A stretch of 14,608 bases of DNA from an uncultured Deinococcales bacterium (GTDB lineage Bacteria; Deinococcota; Deinococci; Deinococcales; JAAFIG01). The notes below the pieces were generated by a model. It saw only the letters and a program-made list of their open reading frames with translations, was not told the DNA's origin and searched no databases. Numbering within the stretch: the first letter of the stretch is position 1; each line of letters opens with the position of its first letter. The DNA lies in assembly GCA_964247135.1 (NCBI GenBank), contig CAXTTL010000121.1:1-14608 (forward strand), given 5' to 3'. Shown here piece after piece: positions 13,896 to 14,608 of this stretch. Made by a program: the position numbers and the translations under genes.

Positions 13896-14608
13896 TTAGA
13901 TCAATCGTCTTAAACCAACGATTGCTCCAGCCGCAAAGACTGCATTTGCCAACCACGCCGCAATCGCGGCTGGAATCGCTTGGGCGGCGGCAAGGTTGAA
14001 TCCAATTTGCCACAAGCTCCAATACGCTGCCATCAAGCCAATGGTTGCAGCAAAACCCCAAGCGCGGTTGGAGAGCGTCAAACCGAGTGCACCGCCGACC
14101 AGCGCCATCATGAGCGCCGCCAGGGGGTCGGCAAAGCGACGTTGCAACTTAAAATTTGCATCGTAAACCTCGCCGCTCGAGAGGCTTGTTGAATTGTTCA
14201 TTGCTCGAGCCATTAACTCGGAAGTTGAAACCTGGTCACTCGGGCGTAAATCTGGTTCAATGGGTGGTGTAAACGCAAAAACGTGCATGGTTTCAGGAAT
14301 TTCTTGAAAACCGTCGCTCGAGCTGCTGGGTTTATAAAAAACGTTGTACAACTCCCAGGTTTTGGCTCTTCCATCCCACAAGCCTTTGGTGGCGGTGTAA
14401 ATTCCAGATTGTGTGACCACCATCACCCCCGATAAATCTGCGATGTTTGGATTTTGTTCTCGAGGGGCGAGCGAACCCACATGAAACAAATCACCGTGAT
14501 CGTTGGCGTAACTTTTCAAACCCTGAACCCTGGGTGGTTCGGTGTGAATGATTGCATAATAGGTTTTCAGGAAATGGGCATCGGCACTGGGACGCCAGAT
14601 GTTTTCGT
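13896..14608 (-). CDS. LptF/LptG (YjgP/YjgQ) family permease, 3' part; 5' end lies beyond the window
   Basis: The frame stays open from the window edge (ENIWRPSADAHFLKTYY...). A periplasmic beta-rich region is followed by RRFADPLAALMMALVGGALG...AAWLANAVF, the three C-terminal TM helices typical of LptF/G. Confidence 0.8.
   Translation of the reverse strand, partial: ENIWRPSADAHFLKTYYAIIHTEPPRVQGLKSYANDHGDLFHVGSLAPREQNPNIADLSGVMVVTQSGIYTATKGLWDGRAKTWELYNVFYKPSSSSDGFQEIPETMHVFAFTPPIEPDLRPSDQVSTSELMARAMNNSTSLSSGEVYDANFKLQRRFADPLAALMMALVGGALGLTLSNRAWGFAATIGLMAAYWSLWQIGFNLAAAQAIPAAIAAWLANAVFAAGAIVGLRRLI

Larger units (their letters stand above)
129..14464. repeat. Highly iterated dispersed palindrome CTCGAG (about 114 copies across the window)
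   Basis: Hand count of about 114 exact copies (first at 129, last at 14459; may be off by a few). About 4 are expected from base composition. Copies occur in every gene and in most intergenic gaps. Confidence 0.95.

Noticed and set aside
129-14464. CRISPR array or tandem repeat as the source of the recurring motif
   Set aside because: The unit is only 6 bp, irregularly spaced and embedded in intact genes. There is no repeat-spacer structure and no cas gene.

Overview
Bacterial chromosomal window of roughly 53% GC (estimated by eye). The gene content and TANNNT leaderless-type promoters suggest Deinococcota, which is an inference. Gene order: tatC-tatA (-); pgm and rdgB (+); a pair of Tat-exported proteins of unknown function (DUF1800-like and DUF1501-like, +); a small hypothetical (-); serA and a class V PLP aminotransferase broken by one in-frame TAA (+); then a lipoprotein, an RDD-domain protein, an S41/CtpA-type protease, a DinB-family protein and a partial LptF/LptG-family permease (all -). 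The genes are mostly housekeeping. The most striking signal is non-genic: the palindrome CTCGAG occurs about 114 times by hand count (about 1 per 130 bp, against about 4 expected by chance). It appears in all three reading frames and in intergenic DNA, dominates Leu-Glu and Ser-Ser codon pairs, and forms the arms of intergenic hairpins, like a HIP1-type highly iterated palindrome. Two GTAG-type REP doublets are also present.
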